Notes: a model not told the origin generated them from the sequence alone. A stretch of 64,000 nt of DNA from an uncultured Rhodopirellula sp. (GCA_964007735.1 CAXGAI010000004.1:62001-126000); one strand, 5' to 3'; positions 1 through 9,476 are shown, numbered from the stretch's first letter. A program made the numbers and translations.

Positions 1-2533
1 AATCCGTCGGACGCACAGCGACTTCAAAGATAGCTTCCGCAGCAGCCAACCCCTGAAGCTCTACGGCTGCTTTGGCAACTTCAGCCCTTACTAAACCGGA
101 CTCGTCCTGAGACGCTTTTTTTAGTAGTTCTTCCCAGCTATCAATTTTACCCGCCCAGTGTCCGAGCGTTCGAATTGCGGCGGCGCGATGACGTCCGTCG
201 GGAGCTGCGAAGACGCGTTGCAGTAGTTTCAGATTGGCTACACGTTGTTCTTCAAAAACCCAGAGACATTCAAGTAATGCCTGCGCCTGGACTGCATCAG
301 CTGGGTTGAGAGTTTCCGCCCATTTGTCCACGGTAGCTAATGTTGTTTCGGCATCACGGCCACTCAGCTCAAGTCGGGCGCGATATCGAATTCCATTATC
401 AGGTAAAAGAAAAGATGGGAGGATGTCCTTAACTGGAGCCCCAATCATTTGTGGGTGCTTTACTAAAGCGCGCCCTTCATAAGTGACTCGGTAAATTCGA
501 CCATGTTGTGCGTCGCGGTTCGGGTCCCGCATGTTGTGCTGCATGTGTCCGATTAAGGCGTTACTCCAGTCGGATACATACAACGCTCCATCTCCCCCCA
601 CTTCAATGTCAGAGGGTCGGAATGTGGGGTCTGAGGAATAGAGGATAGGCTCGATTTCTTCTGCCGTGATGTCAGCACCGTTGTATTTGACTTCGTGTTG
701 CAAGACGCCCTGAAATCCGATCACGTTACAGATCAGGAAATTACCGTTGTTCGCCTCGGGAAAATGACTGCTTGAAAGGATGCCGGTAGCTGCGACTGGT
801 CGCACTCGCTTCTTAAACCACGGTTTGTTTCCCATCCCTTTACCAATATTGACGTAACTACCGGTTCCACCTGTTCCATCATTAGCGAATTGGAAGCCCC
901 ATTGATCAAAGACATCACCATGTGGGTTAGGGCCAATCGGGAAGACAAATTCCATTTCAAAGGTGCGAGGGTCAAATCGATAGACTCCAGAGGCGGTTGA
1001 GCGATAAGTCTGCGTTGGTGTTTCCATGTTGGCAACGTTGAAGATCCCACGACTCCAATACAACCCGCCATCGGGTCCGATGACAAATGCATTCGCACTA
1101 TGGTGTGTATCTGCGCTGGAAACGCCCTGCAACATACGAATTTTTTCATCGGCCATCATGTCCCCGTCCGTATCTTTGAGGAACCAAATTTCTGGGGGGG
1201 CGGCAACTAGCATACCCCCTCCCCAAAACTCGATTCCAGTAATACTGTTCAGCTTGTCCGCAAAGACAATACACTCATCAGCCTTTCCATCCGCGTCGTG
1301 GTCGGGAAAGGCAAGGATACGATCAGTCCGTGGCTGTGTTGGATTCCAGTGTGGATAGGATGGCCAAACAGAGGCGTAAAGCACGCCATTGGGATCTACA
1401 CACATTTGGACCGGGTTGATAAGTTCCGGAAATTCAGCTTCGGAAGCAAACAGGTTAACTTTCATTCCCTTAGCGATGGTCATTTTACTAATTGCGTCGG
1501 CCCCTTTCAGATAAGGGTGAACTCCTCCTTCCAGCGATCCGGGTTTGTTGGTTCGGACTGCCAGTTCACCAGGAAGGTTATCATCTTTGACTTTAAAGTC
1601 ATTGCCGTTAGCGTATGCCCAAATCAGCTCGTCGCGGTTGCTGGTCATGACATCGAAGATCTCCATTTCCCGTTTCATCACATCAGCGTTGGACTGGCCG
1701 AACCAGTTCAATGTGGAACGACCACCGTAGACGTTGTACCCGTCGACCACTCGGTAGCGACTAAACCAGTAGTAGTTGCGTTCCAGTACCGCTTTTCGGA
1801 TTCCTTCGACATGTGCCCGCTTCGTCGCTTGGGAGACATTTATGCTAAACAATTTGTCGATGATGACTTTAGCAACGGCATCGGCTCCATGGTCAAGCAG
1901 GTGGATCCCGTTAAGCGTTAATGGTTTGTCAGCCGTTTTGTACAGAGAAATAGAAGGTGTGAAAATGTCGACGAAGTGAACGTTCTTTGCATTGCAAACT
2001 TCGGCCATCACAGTCGTCGCGGCCGCCAGATTTTGATTATTTGCTTCACCATTCGGAAGGTGAGGACTCTTATGGTCTTCATGAGCGATCGGCGAAAAGA
2101 TAACCAACGTGGGGGCGGATTCACCGTTGTAACGTTGTTCCAGCATTCCATCAATCATGGTTGCCATGTTTTGTTTAAAAGCTGGAAGGTACTCTGGCCC
2201 CTTTAGTGCTTCGTTGTACCCGAAGAAGCAGAATACGACATCAGCCTGAACCTTTGTAAGCCATTGATCGGCAGAACCAAAGTTGTTGGAACGCGGGCGT
2301 ACGTTGATTTCATCGCCGGTGAATCCCAGATGTCTAAAAGAGACGTTGTGTTTTGGATAGATCGCCTGAATATAAGATTCCAGCCAACCCTGATGCTGCA
2401 TTCGATCGGCCAGATTATTTCCGATGACAGCGATTCTTCCTGCTTGCGGTAAATCCAATGCCTGAGCTTGCACTTGCTGTAGAGTGGCGAAGAAGAAAAA
2501 AAGTGTGAAAATCGAAAATGCGAAGCGACGCAT
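1..2533 (-). CDS. PVC-type membrane-bound dehydrogenase-like protein (signal peptide, SGNH-like domain, beta-propeller, HEAT repeats); 3' end runs off the window
   Basis: Read manually from ATG 2533. It is missing from the ORF track because there is no stop in the window. Motifs: MRRFAFSIF signal peptide; FFGYNEA and TLNGIHL (SGNH-like); VNLFASE..FPELINPVQM, WFLKDTDGD..ADE, FRPSDIEVGGDGALYVSDW, GHMQHNMRDPNRD..HGRIYR (propeller of this family); then HEAT-like helices. Confidence 0.8.
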   Translation of the reverse strand, partial: MRRFAFSIFTLFFFFATLQQVQAQALDLPQAGRIAVIGNNLADRMQHQGWLESYIQAIYPKHNVSFRHLGFTGDEINVRPRSNNFGSADQWLTKVQADVVFCFFGYNEALKGPEYLPAFKQNMATMIDGMLEQRYNGESAPTLVIFSPIAHEDHKSPHLPNGEANNQNLAAATTVMAEVCNAKNVHFVDIFTPSISLYKTADKPLTLNGIHLLDHGADAVAKVIIDKLFSINVSQATKRAHVEGIRKAVLERNYYWFSRYRVVDGYNVYGGRSTLNWFGQSNADVMKREMEIFDVMTSNRDELIWAYANGNDFKVKDDNLPGELAVRTNKPGSLEGGVHPYLKGADAISKMTIAKGMKVNLFASEAEFPELINPVQMCVDPNGVLYASVWPSYPHWNPTQPRTDRILAFPDHDADGKADECIVFADKLNSITGIEFWGGGMLVAAPPEIWFLKDTDGDMMADEKIRMLQGVSSADTHHSANAFVIGPDGGLYWSRGIFNVANMETPTQTYRSTASGVYRFDPRTFEMEFVFPIGPNPHGDVFDQWGFQFANDGTGGTGSYVNIGKGMGNKPWFKKRVRPVAATGILSSSHFPEANNGNFLICNVIGFQGVLQHEVKYNGADITAEEIEPILYSSDPTFRPSDIEVGGDGALYVSDWSNALIGHMQHNMRDPNRDAQHGRIYRVTYEGRALVKHPQMIGAPVKDILPSFLLPDNGIRYRARLELSGRDAETTLATVDKWAETLNPADAVQAQALLECLWVFEEQRVANLKLLQRVFAAPDGRHRAAAIRTLGHWAGKIDSWEELLKKASQDESGLVRAEVAKAAVELQGLAAAEAIFEVAVRPTD

Positions 2534-2639
2534 AGGATATTCCTTAGACAAGCGTTAATCGTTCGTTTTTACAGATGAGTTGTACCGTTGAGTGTATCAT
2601 GTAACAAACCCTTCATGTTAGTTTTTGCCGGACGACTCG

Positions 2640-4079
2640 ATGCTACCCTTCCATAGTAAGAATACACCGCGGCTTAGCCTGATCTTCCTTAGTATTTTTC
2701 TTTCTCCCGTTGTTAATGCAGAACAGAAAAAGCCAAATATTCTAATTTTGCTCGCGGACAATTGGGCTGCACCTCACGCCTCAGTCATGGGAGACAAATC
2801 TGTTAAGACTCCGACATTTGATGCCATTGCACGGCATGGCGTGTTATTTGAAAATGCATTTTGCCAGGTACCCTCCTGCTCTCCTTCCCGTGCGGTGTTA
2901 CTCACCGGTCGGGTGTCACATCAATTACAGGACGCCGCTAATCTTTGGGGGAAATTTCCGGATGACCAATGGACGTTTCCATTGGCACTCGAGGAAGTAG
3001 AGAATTATAAAGTTGGCTATACCATCAAGGGGTGGGGGCCGGGGAGGTATCTGAATAAGAGACACACCTTTGGGAATCCAAACCCTGCTGGTAATAAGTC
3101 GGAGTCGTTTGAAAAGTTTCTAAGTGGTGTTGGAACTCAACCATTTTGCTTTTGGTTTGGATCTCATGATCCCCATCGGCCCTGGCAAGCGGAACAGCAA
3201 TATTATGCCGGCTTAATGCATGAGCGAGTTGAAGTTCCAGGATATTTGCCAGATCATCCGACTGTGCGGGAGGAGATTGTTGATTACTATGCCGAGGTTC
3301 AAAAGTTTGATGCAGAGTGCGGCAGAATGATCGAGTTGTTGAAAGAAACAGATAAATATGAAAATACGATTATTCTGATGTTGGGAGATAACGGTTGGCA
3401 GATGCCACGTGGCTTAGCCAATGTTTACGATTGGGGAACTCACGTACCATTCGCCATTCAATGGCCTGAAAAGATCAAAGCAGGCATTGAGAGCACAACA
3501 TTTATTAGTTTTGAAGATATTGCTCCAACTTTGTTTGATTTACTCGGGCTTTCGACAAAGCCCATGACCGGAGCTAGTTTTTCAGAGGTACTTACCGGGG
3601 CATCTGTCAGGCATCGAAAGGAAGTGTTTTTGGAACGTGAGCGTCATGCCAACGTACGCCAGAGAGACGCCTGTTATCCGTGTCGTGCAATTCGGACTCA
3701 GAATTATCTATGGATTTGGAATATCAGACCGGAACTGTATCCAGCCGGCGATCCCGAAACATACTGGGCTGTAGGCCCCTTTGGAGATATAGACAACTCA
3801 CATACGAAATCATTGCTTTTGGACGGCACTGCTGTCACCGGGCTTGCTTCCTTTAGAGAACTCGCCGTGGGGAAGAGGCCTGAGTATGAACTGTACGATT
3901 TACGCAGCGATCCATGGCAGGTGAGCAATGTATCTGGGCACCAGGCGTACCGTCGAATCGAACGGCAGTTGAAATCTCGAGTCATTCGTTGGATGAAGCA
4001 AACCGATGATCCTCGAAGTGTTCATCCCAAGACTGATGTTTTTGATAAGTATGAATACTTTGGCGGAGCTGCTAAGTAA
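2640..4079 (+). CDS. Sulfatase (Cys-type; sulfamidase-like)
   Basis: Signal peptide, PNILILLADN, CSPSRAVLLTG, GDNG, ELYDLRSDP. ATG 2640 preferred over TTG 2625. Confidence 0.9.
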   Translation: MLPFHSKNTPRLSLIFLSIFLSPVVNAEQKKPNILILLADNWAAPHASVMGDKSVKTPTFDAIARHGVLFENAFCQVPSCSPSRAVLLTGRVSHQLQDAANLWGKFPDDQWTFPLALEEVENYKVGYTIKGWGPGRYLNKRHTFGNPNPAGNKSESFEKFLSGVGTQPFCFWFGSHDPHRPWQAEQQYYAGLMHERVEVPGYLPDHPTVREEIVDYYAEVQKFDAECGRMIELLKETDKYENTIILMLGDNGWQMPRGLANVYDWGTHVPFAIQWPEKIKAGIESTTFISFEDIAPTLFDLLGLSTKPMTGASFSEVLTGASVRHRKEVFLERERHANVRQRDACYPCRAIRTQNYLWIWNIRPELYPAGDPETYWAVGPFGDIDNSHTKSLLLDGTAVTGLASFRELAVGKRPEYELYDLRSDPWQVSNVSGHQAYRRIERQLKSRVIRWMKQTDDPRSVHPKTDVFDKYEYFGGAAK

Positions 4080-4161
4080 AGCAGATTTTACGCTCCGACC
4101 GGTTCCGTTCTGTGCGGGGGGGCTTTTCTTTATTATTTTCAACGGTTTTATATTCCGGTCA

Positions 4162-6162
4162 TTATTTGCGTTCGACCATTTCTTTAAAGATAGGCTCGAG
4201 CAATGGCCGGATGAACCGTTCTGCTCCGGCATGCGAGAGATGGTCGTGATTAATATAGAAAAGTGTGTTGTCCTCAATGAAGCGTGAGTAACCGTCATGC
4301 GTGAAGATTGTAGGGGATGGATCGAAGACAGTTACATTCGGTAACTCCAAGTTTCGAAGAATCCTTCGTACATTGATTTGCCGCTCAGCATGTTTTTCCT
4401 GAGATACTCCAAGAGGAGTCGGTTGGTTTGTTCGTAAGGCGGTGACAATCTCATAGATCGGATCGTGCTGTTGGAGTGGAATTTGTTCCATAAGCCAGAC
4501 TCGTATTCCCCGGTCATTTAGTTGTTGCAACGTATTTATCAAATTACGTTGGAATACTTGTTGAGCCGAGGCTTTGCTGATTTCTAAAGTTTGGTCATCC
4601 GTGATCAGGAATTTATTAAGCCCAGTCGCATTGCCTTCAATATTGTCGGACCAGCGGGCTGCCATGATGATATGAGTGATCTTGTGACGACTAATGAAGT
4701 CGAGCACTCCTTCGTGCCAAATGAGTGTGTCGTCACGATCAAAGCCCCGATAAGTATCGAGGACAGGCATGGTGCCTCCGCGTACGGCAATAAACCCGCT
4801 AATATCATGTTGCCTTGCCAGACTACTACATACATCTCCCATTACCATTGCATGGCTATCGCCCCAAACTAATAGGCGAGGGCGATTAGGAATAATTTGT
4901 GTACTACCAATGGCTGGCAATTGATCCAATTGCGGAGCCCAAACAGAATCCCGCATATAGCGAACAGGGGACTTGGCGGTCTTAAGAATGGAAGTAATCT
5001 TATCCCCCCAACGTTTGGGTAGGCCGTCCCATTCTGAGATCCCAGCGCCGGTACCAATAATCAATATGGAAAAAATACTAGATGCCAGAATCAGTCGTTT
5101 TTGAGTAGGGAGCAGGTAGCCTAGTCTGAATGGAGTTTCAATAAAGTGATATGAAATTGCGCCGACTAAGAAACTTAATGCTAAGCCAAGCAGGGCAACA
5201 GAGAGTCCCAACTCGAAGCGGTTCATGTATCTGAGGTAGACCATGATCGGCCAGTGCCACAGATAGAGGGAATAGGAGATTTTTCCTATGTAGGTCAGAG
5301 TTGGTATTTCAAGAATACGTGAGATTCGGGTTTTAAATTGGTCGCCGGAGTTAAAGTAAATCAGGCCCGCCGTGGCCACGCAGGGCCAAACGGCTGCGAT
5401 GCCCGGAAAGACGGTCTCTTTGTTGTAGACAAAGAATGTAAATAAGATGCCTGTGAATGATAGGAATGACCCCAGCTCAGCTAACGGTCTTTGTGAAGGC
5501 TTTAGTTTGGGCGCAAAAACGAGCAGGGATCCGAGAAGTAATTCCCAGGCTCGCATTGGTAATAGGAAAAATGCTTTTGTTGGATAGATGTCCATGGTCC
5601 ACAAGTTCAAACCAAAGGAGAGAACTGTGAGGGAAGCTAGAATAATAAATAGTTTTTTTGGTGAGCAATGACGGCAGAAGATCAGCAGGAGAGGGAAGAG
5701 TAGGTAAAACTGCTCTTCGAGAGCCAGTGACCAGGTATGCAGTAAAGGTACTAACTCTGCCGGCCCTGCAAAGTAATTGAAGGAGTTGGCAAAGTAGATA
5801 TTAGAAACCAAAGTTATATGGGCGATAGCTGATTCGGCTAATTGGTCATAGTCGTTAGGAACCAGCCACCAGTACCCAATCAGCAGTGTGCTGGTAGTCA
5901 TTACTAAAGCCGCTGGCATTAGTCTGCGGATGCGTCGACCCAGGAATTTTCGAATTGAAAATTCATTTTGGCGTTGAGCCTGAAGAATAAGACTGGTAAT
6001 TAAAAAACCAGAAATGACGAAGAATATATCAACACCAACAAATCCTCCGGTCAAGCTTAGGCCGGCATGGAATAATAATACGCCCATGACAGCAATGGCT
6101 CTCAAACCATCTATGTCTGCTCTGTATTTCAGCTTTTCCATCGCTTTGTTGGCTGAAGCCAT
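4162..6162 (-). CDS. Acyltransferase-3 + SGNH fusion (OafA/OatA-like O-acetyltransferase)
   Basis: YRADIDGLRAIAV, GGFVGVDIFFVISGFLIT, HTWSLALEEQFY, GKISYSLYLWHWP; C-terminal WGDSHA. Confidence 0.9.
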   Translation of the reverse strand: MASANKAMEKLKYRADIDGLRAIAVMGVLLFHAGLSLTGGFVGVDIFFVISGFLITSLILQAQRQNEFSIRKFLGRRIRRLMPAALVMTTSTLLIGYWWLVPNDYDQLAESAIAHITLVSNIYFANSFNYFAGPAELVPLLHTWSLALEEQFYLLFPLLLIFCRHCSPKKLFIILASLTVLSFGLNLWTMDIYPTKAFFLLPMRAWELLLGSLLVFAPKLKPSQRPLAELGSFLSFTGILFTFFVYNKETVFPGIAAVWPCVATAGLIYFNSGDQFKTRISRILEIPTLTYIGKISYSLYLWHWPIMVYLRYMNRFELGLSVALLGLALSFLVGAISYHFIETPFRLGYLLPTQKRLILASSIFSILIIGTGAGISEWDGLPKRWGDKITSILKTAKSPVRYMRDSVWAPQLDQLPAIGSTQIIPNRPRLLVWGDSHAMVMGDVCSSLARQHDISGFIAVRGGTMPVLDTYRGFDRDDTLIWHEGVLDFISRHKITHIIMAARWSDNIEGNATGLNKFLITDDQTLEISKASAQQVFQRNLINTLQQLNDRGIRVWLMEQIPLQQHDPIYEIVTALRTNQPTPLGVSQEKHAERQINVRRILRNLELPNVTVFDPSPTIFTHDGYSRFIEDNTLFYINHDHLSHAGAERFIRPLLEPIFKEMVERK

Positions 6163-6296
6163 TTCCAAAATGAACTGTCGGCCTATTTATATCGTCGTTT
6201 AGATCTTTATAGATAGACACCGATGCTTTGAGCTTCATCCGTGAAGCAAAAATTCAAGACACCTTCAGCTCTTCAATGTATTACGAATCGCAATTT

Positions 6297-6313
6297 TGAT
6301 TCAATATGAATCA
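6297..6313. promoter_or_regulatory. Perfect inverted repeat TGATTCA-ata-TGAATCA, candidate operator
   Basis: 7-bp arms with a 3-nt spacer in the intergenic region upstream of the acyltransferase. Confidence 0.3.
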
Positions 6314-6375
6314 CAAGCTACTACGACTTACGCATGAGATGGAAAACAACTACAAAGCGAATAGAAAAACCATGA

Positions 6376-6420
6376 AGACGGCTGAGATTAGCTAACCTAG
6401 GATAGCTAATCGGCCAGTCT
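6376..6420 (-). terminator. Long hairpin just downstream of the small ORF (probable terminator)
   Basis: GATTAGCTA (6386-6394) pairs with TAGCTAATC (6403-6411), with further imperfect outer pairing. The U-tract is not immediately adjacent. Confidence 0.5.
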
Positions 6421-6438
6421 TACTAATGCTGGGTTGGA

Positions 6439-6603
6439 TTAGCGAGGTTTGCCCGGCCGGTGATTATGAACGTCTTGGAAGTACCAAAGTGCTTCCTGCT
6501 CCAATTCTTGCTTGAATTCAATCCATTGACAGTATTCAAGCCACTGACGATTCCAGAAAACTAATGCATCTTTTGGGATCTCGTTGATAACAACTTCGCT
6601 CAT
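6439..6603 (-). CDS. Small 54-aa Trp-rich hypothetical protein (MSEVVINEIPKDALVFWNRQWLEYCQWIEFKQELEQEALWYFQDVHNHRPGKPR)
   Basis: AAGGAG Shine-Dalgarno 7 nt before ATG 6603; downstream hairpin; lies in an otherwise non-coding gap. Confidence 0.6.
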   Translation of the reverse strand: MSEVVINEIPKDALVFWNRQWLEYCQWIEFKQELEQEALWYFQDVHNHRPGKPR

Positions 6604-6730
6604 TGTAAAACTCCTTTTTACAAGTAAACACCAAATGTTTGGGATGAACGCACATATCTGAGATGGAATCAGACCACTCAGTTCTTTTGCTATAAACATC
6701 ATCGTGGTCAGGAGTGACACGTTTGGTCAC
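6603..6730 (-). promoter_or_regulatory. Structured 5' leader (kink-turn hairpin, three short hairpins, SD-loop hairpin)
   Basis: Stems at 6714-6730, 6672-6709 (K-turn), 6657-6673, 6626-6640 and 6603-6623. Confidence 0.4.
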
Positions 6731-6803
6731 CGACGTACATTAAATACGAAAATAGAGAAAAAAGAGTTCGGGAGAATTCTTTTACAAGCCACGTTTGTCT
6801 TTT

Positions 6804-7280
6804 CTAGAAGCTTAGAACAGTGCCCAGCGCAGCAACTTCTGAGACTTCATCAGATGGAATATCTTTGGCTTGTTGAAACCCTTTAGAAGTGAGTGAAAAC
6901 TCTCCGCCAACCTGATGCATTACCAAGCCTGCATCGCAAAGTTGACGAAAACCATCAAGAAAACGGACGGTTATCTCTGGTTCCGTTCGACTGCGAAACA
7001 TCACATGTGTGTCTACAGACTCTTCCACATAAACAGCCAGCATGCGTTGAGCAGACTCAAATTCCGTATTATTACTCTTCAGTTCGATTATCCCTCGTTT
7101 CCGGGTAATCGACAGGATTGTTCGGGCCTCAATGGATAGCTCGGTCTCATTACTGGCCGGATTTACTAATCGATTGGAAGCTAATTGAGCTAATGCTGCT
7201 AGTGTTGGTACGCTATGCGTCAGATCTTTCCAGAGGTTCGCCTGCCCCGTAGCACTTGCAATAAAAGAGGGAAGATTCAT
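6804..7280 (-). CDS. Hypothetical protein with C-terminal winged-helix-like segment
   Basis: 158-aa ORF; LDGFRQLCDAGLVMHQVGGEFSLTSKG resembles a helix plus wing (LT.KG). Confidence 0.65.
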   Translation of the reverse strand: MNLPSFIASATGQANLWKDLTHSVPTLAALAQLASNRLVNPASNETELSIEARTILSITRKRGIIELKSNNTEFESAQRMLAVYVEESVDTHVMFRSRTEPEITVRFLDGFRQLCDAGLVMHQVGGEFSLTSKGFQQAKDIPSDEVSEVAALGTVLSF

Positions 7281-7307
7281 AGCTAGTAGTCCTTCAAGCG
7301 TTATTCT

Positions 7308-7718
7308 TTACAACAATATAGATAGTTTGTTGAGTAATATCATGCCGCCACCCAAATATAGGATAGCCAGTACCAGCAGGATATTTAGACAGATCAGCAA
7401 GACTCCGGTCAGTACGCTAAACAAAAGTGTCTGTCCAAGAGTTAATTTTAAGCTGAATCTCGCAATTCCCATAATGACAGGCAAACTAAAGAGTCCATAG
7501 CCAAAATAGGCGCCGACCAGAAAAATAGCGGATAAGCTCCAGCTTCTTATATAGAGGCTACGATTGTTTATATAGCAGTGGGCAGGATGGTTTTTTCCAG
7601 TCCTACAAAATGCTGCGATAGCCATGACGAGCAGGGCAACCAAGCTATTGAGGGTTGCCCCAAATACGAACAGTGTAATCATATAGATAGTTGTACTTTC
7701 AGATTTTAAGGATATCAA
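7308..7718 (-). CDS. Hypothetical membrane protein (about 3-4 TM helices)
   Basis: 136-aa strongly hydrophobic ORF, co-oriented with its neighbour. Confidence 0.55.
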   Translation of the reverse strand: MISLKSESTTIYMITLFVFGATLNSLVALLVMAIAAFCRTGKNHPAHCYINNRSLYIRSWSLSAIFLVGAYFGYGLFSLPVIMGIARFSLKLTLGQTLLFSVLTGVLLICLNILLVLAILYLGGGMILLNKLSILL

Positions 7719-7919
7719 TCTACCACTCCCATCCGCATGATGCCTGTGCCCCGCCTCGGGAGTCGGACAACCCCATTAATCCGTACGACCCATTCTCAAT
7801 TGCACGAGATTTAGATTTGCACTGAGAAAAGAGACTTTTGACTGCAGAAGTAACGTAAGTTTCAATCACAGTCATGGCGCTTCGGCGTTGAGAGAGAAAG
7901 AGTAGATAGGAACCGCTTC

Positions 7920-9395
7920 GTGATTCAAGCAACCAAAAAAGATGTATTTGAAGAAGATTCCAAGTCAGCTGCTAGTGTAGTTGGTAGTCGACAGGAATCC
8001 ACCACCCGCAGTGAATCTCGCAATATCACTGACGACCCCATTCGCATGTATTTGATGCAGATGGGAGAAATTCCTCTTTTGTCACGAGAGGAAGAGCTAC
8101 GTTACGCCAAGCAAATTGAAGCGACACGGTATCATTACCGCAACACAATGTTGGCAACCAACTATATGTTGCAAGCCGCAGTTTCCATGCTCGATAAAGT
8201 ACTCAATGGAAAGCTTCGACTGGACCGTACCATTGAGGTCTCTGTGACTAATGCCTCGGGTAAAGAAGCCGTTCTCAAACGACTTGGACCAAATCTGGAA
8301 ACGATCCAGGAATTGCTCAAGCTAAATCGCCGCGATTTTAGTGAAGCGATTTACAAAAAGAATTCAAAGAAGAAACGTCACGAAGCCTGGCGTCGGATGG
8401 TCGTCCGTCGTAACAAAGCGGTTCGTTTGATTGAAGAGATGAATTTGCGTACTAACAAGTTGCAGCCAGCCTTTAAAGAATTATGTAAAATCCAGAAACG
8501 CATGGTCTCTTTGAAACAGCAGTTGAAATGCGTAGAAGATGGAATGGCTGATTCCTGGACAGATGCGGATGCTCTCAAGACGGAACTAGTTCATCTGATT
8601 AAAGTGACTCAGGAAAGTACCAGCACACTTACACGCCGCGTTGACAACACGATCTTATTCCGGGATCAATACGACGAAGCAAAGCGTAAGTTGTCCGCTG
8701 GAAATCTGCGCCTTGTTGTGTCGATTGCCAAGAAATATCGTAACCGTGGTCTGACATTTCTGGATTTGATTCAGGAAGGTAATACGGGTCTTATGCGGGC
8801 GGTTGAAAAGTTTGAATATCGACGAGGATACAAATTTTCAACCTATGCAACGTGGTGGATTCGTCAGGCGATCACTCGAGCAGTCGCCGATCAAAGCCGA
8901 ACCATTCGTGTTCCAGTTCATATGGTCGAAGTGATGACACGAGTCCGGAATTTAAGTCAGGAATTGGTTCAAATTCTCGGACGAGATCCTTCACCGGAAG
9001 AAGTCGCAGAACACGGAAATATGGAACTGTCTGACGCACAATGTATTTTGATGATGCTCAAGCAACCGTTGTCTCTTGATCAAACCGTAGGTGATAGCGA
9101 TGAAAATGAATTCGGTGATTTCATCAATGATCATCGGGAATTTGATCCACTCGCCCGAGCTAATCACGATGCTCTGACTTCCGAGTTGAAGGACGCGATG
9201 GAAGTGTTAAGCTGGCGAGAACGTGAGATTCTCAAATTGCGATACGGACTTGGTGACGGTTACTGCTACACGCTTGAAGAAGTGGGGCGTATCTTTCAGG
9301 TGACTCGTGAAAGAATTCGGCAAATTGAGAACAAGGCTGTGCAGAAACTACAGCAACCGTTCCGGTCGAAAAAGTTGAAGTCATTCCTCGACTAA
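7920..9395 (+). CDS. Sigma-70 family RNA polymerase sigma factor (RpoD-like, lacking region 1.1)
   Basis: [17 protein letters not shown] (1.2), [52 protein letters not shown] (region 2), [20 protein letters not shown] (4.2). Confidence 0.95.
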   Translation: MIQATKKDVFEEDSKSAASVVGSRQESTTRSESRNITDDPIRMYLMQMGEIPLLSREEELRYAKQIEATRYHYRNTMLATNYMLQAAVSMLDKVLNGKLRLDRTIEVSVTNASGKEAVLKRLGPNLETIQELLKLNRRDFSEAIYKKNSKKKRHEAWRRMVVRRNKAVRLIEEMNLRTNKLQPAFKELCKIQKRMVSLKQQLKCVEDGMADSWTDADALKTELVHLIKVTQESTSTLTRRVDNTILFRDQYDEAKRKLSAGNLRLVVSIAKKYRNRGLTFLDLIQEGNTGLMRAVEKFEYRRGYKFSTYATWWIRQAITRAVADQSRTIRVPVHMVEVMTRVRNLSQELVQILGRDPSPEEVAEHGNMELSDAQCILMMLKQPLSLDQTVGDSDENEFGDFINDHREFDPLARANHDALTSELKDAMEVLSWREREILKLRYGLGDGYCYTLEEVGRIFQVTRERIRQIENKAVQKLQQPFRSKKLKSFLD

Positions 9396-9435
9396 TCTTG
9401 TGGGAACCAACATTCACGCAACGCAATGACACGTT

Positions 9436-9476
9436 AAAATAGATGGAAGTTTGAATAAGCTTCCATCTGTTTTTTT
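9436..9476 (+). terminator. Intrinsic terminator after the sigma factor gene
   Basis: AGATGGAAG (9441-9449) pairs with CTTCCATCT (9460-9468), followed by a run of 7 T. Confidence 0.8.

Noticed and set aside
234..2452. Cluster of short ORFs suggesting a non-coding or pseudogenised region
   Set aside because: They are shadows of one continuous minus-strand CDS starting at 2533. Its frame is consistent at both ends and it lacks a stop only because it leaves the window.
6672..6709. K-turn read as a c-di-GMP-II or SAM-I riboswitch, or a C/D guide RNA
   Set aside because: The other consensus elements are absent (pseudoknot partners, SAM-I P1/P3 motifs), and C/D guide RNPs are not known in bacteria. 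Kept only as an unclassified leader.
6536..6886. Alternative ORFs 6536-6730 and 6704-6886, and the 93-aa GTG extension of the small ORF
   Set aside because: No SD or motif support; the clear SD marks ATG 6603.
4162..7718. Apparently AT-richer stretch as a genomic island
   Set aside because: No integrase, tRNA or flanking repeats. Membrane-protein codon bias could explain it, and I did not compute GC.
7720..7932. 70-aa minus-strand ORF upstream of the sigma gene
   Set aside because: Overlaps the sigma start and probable promoter region; no recognisable features.
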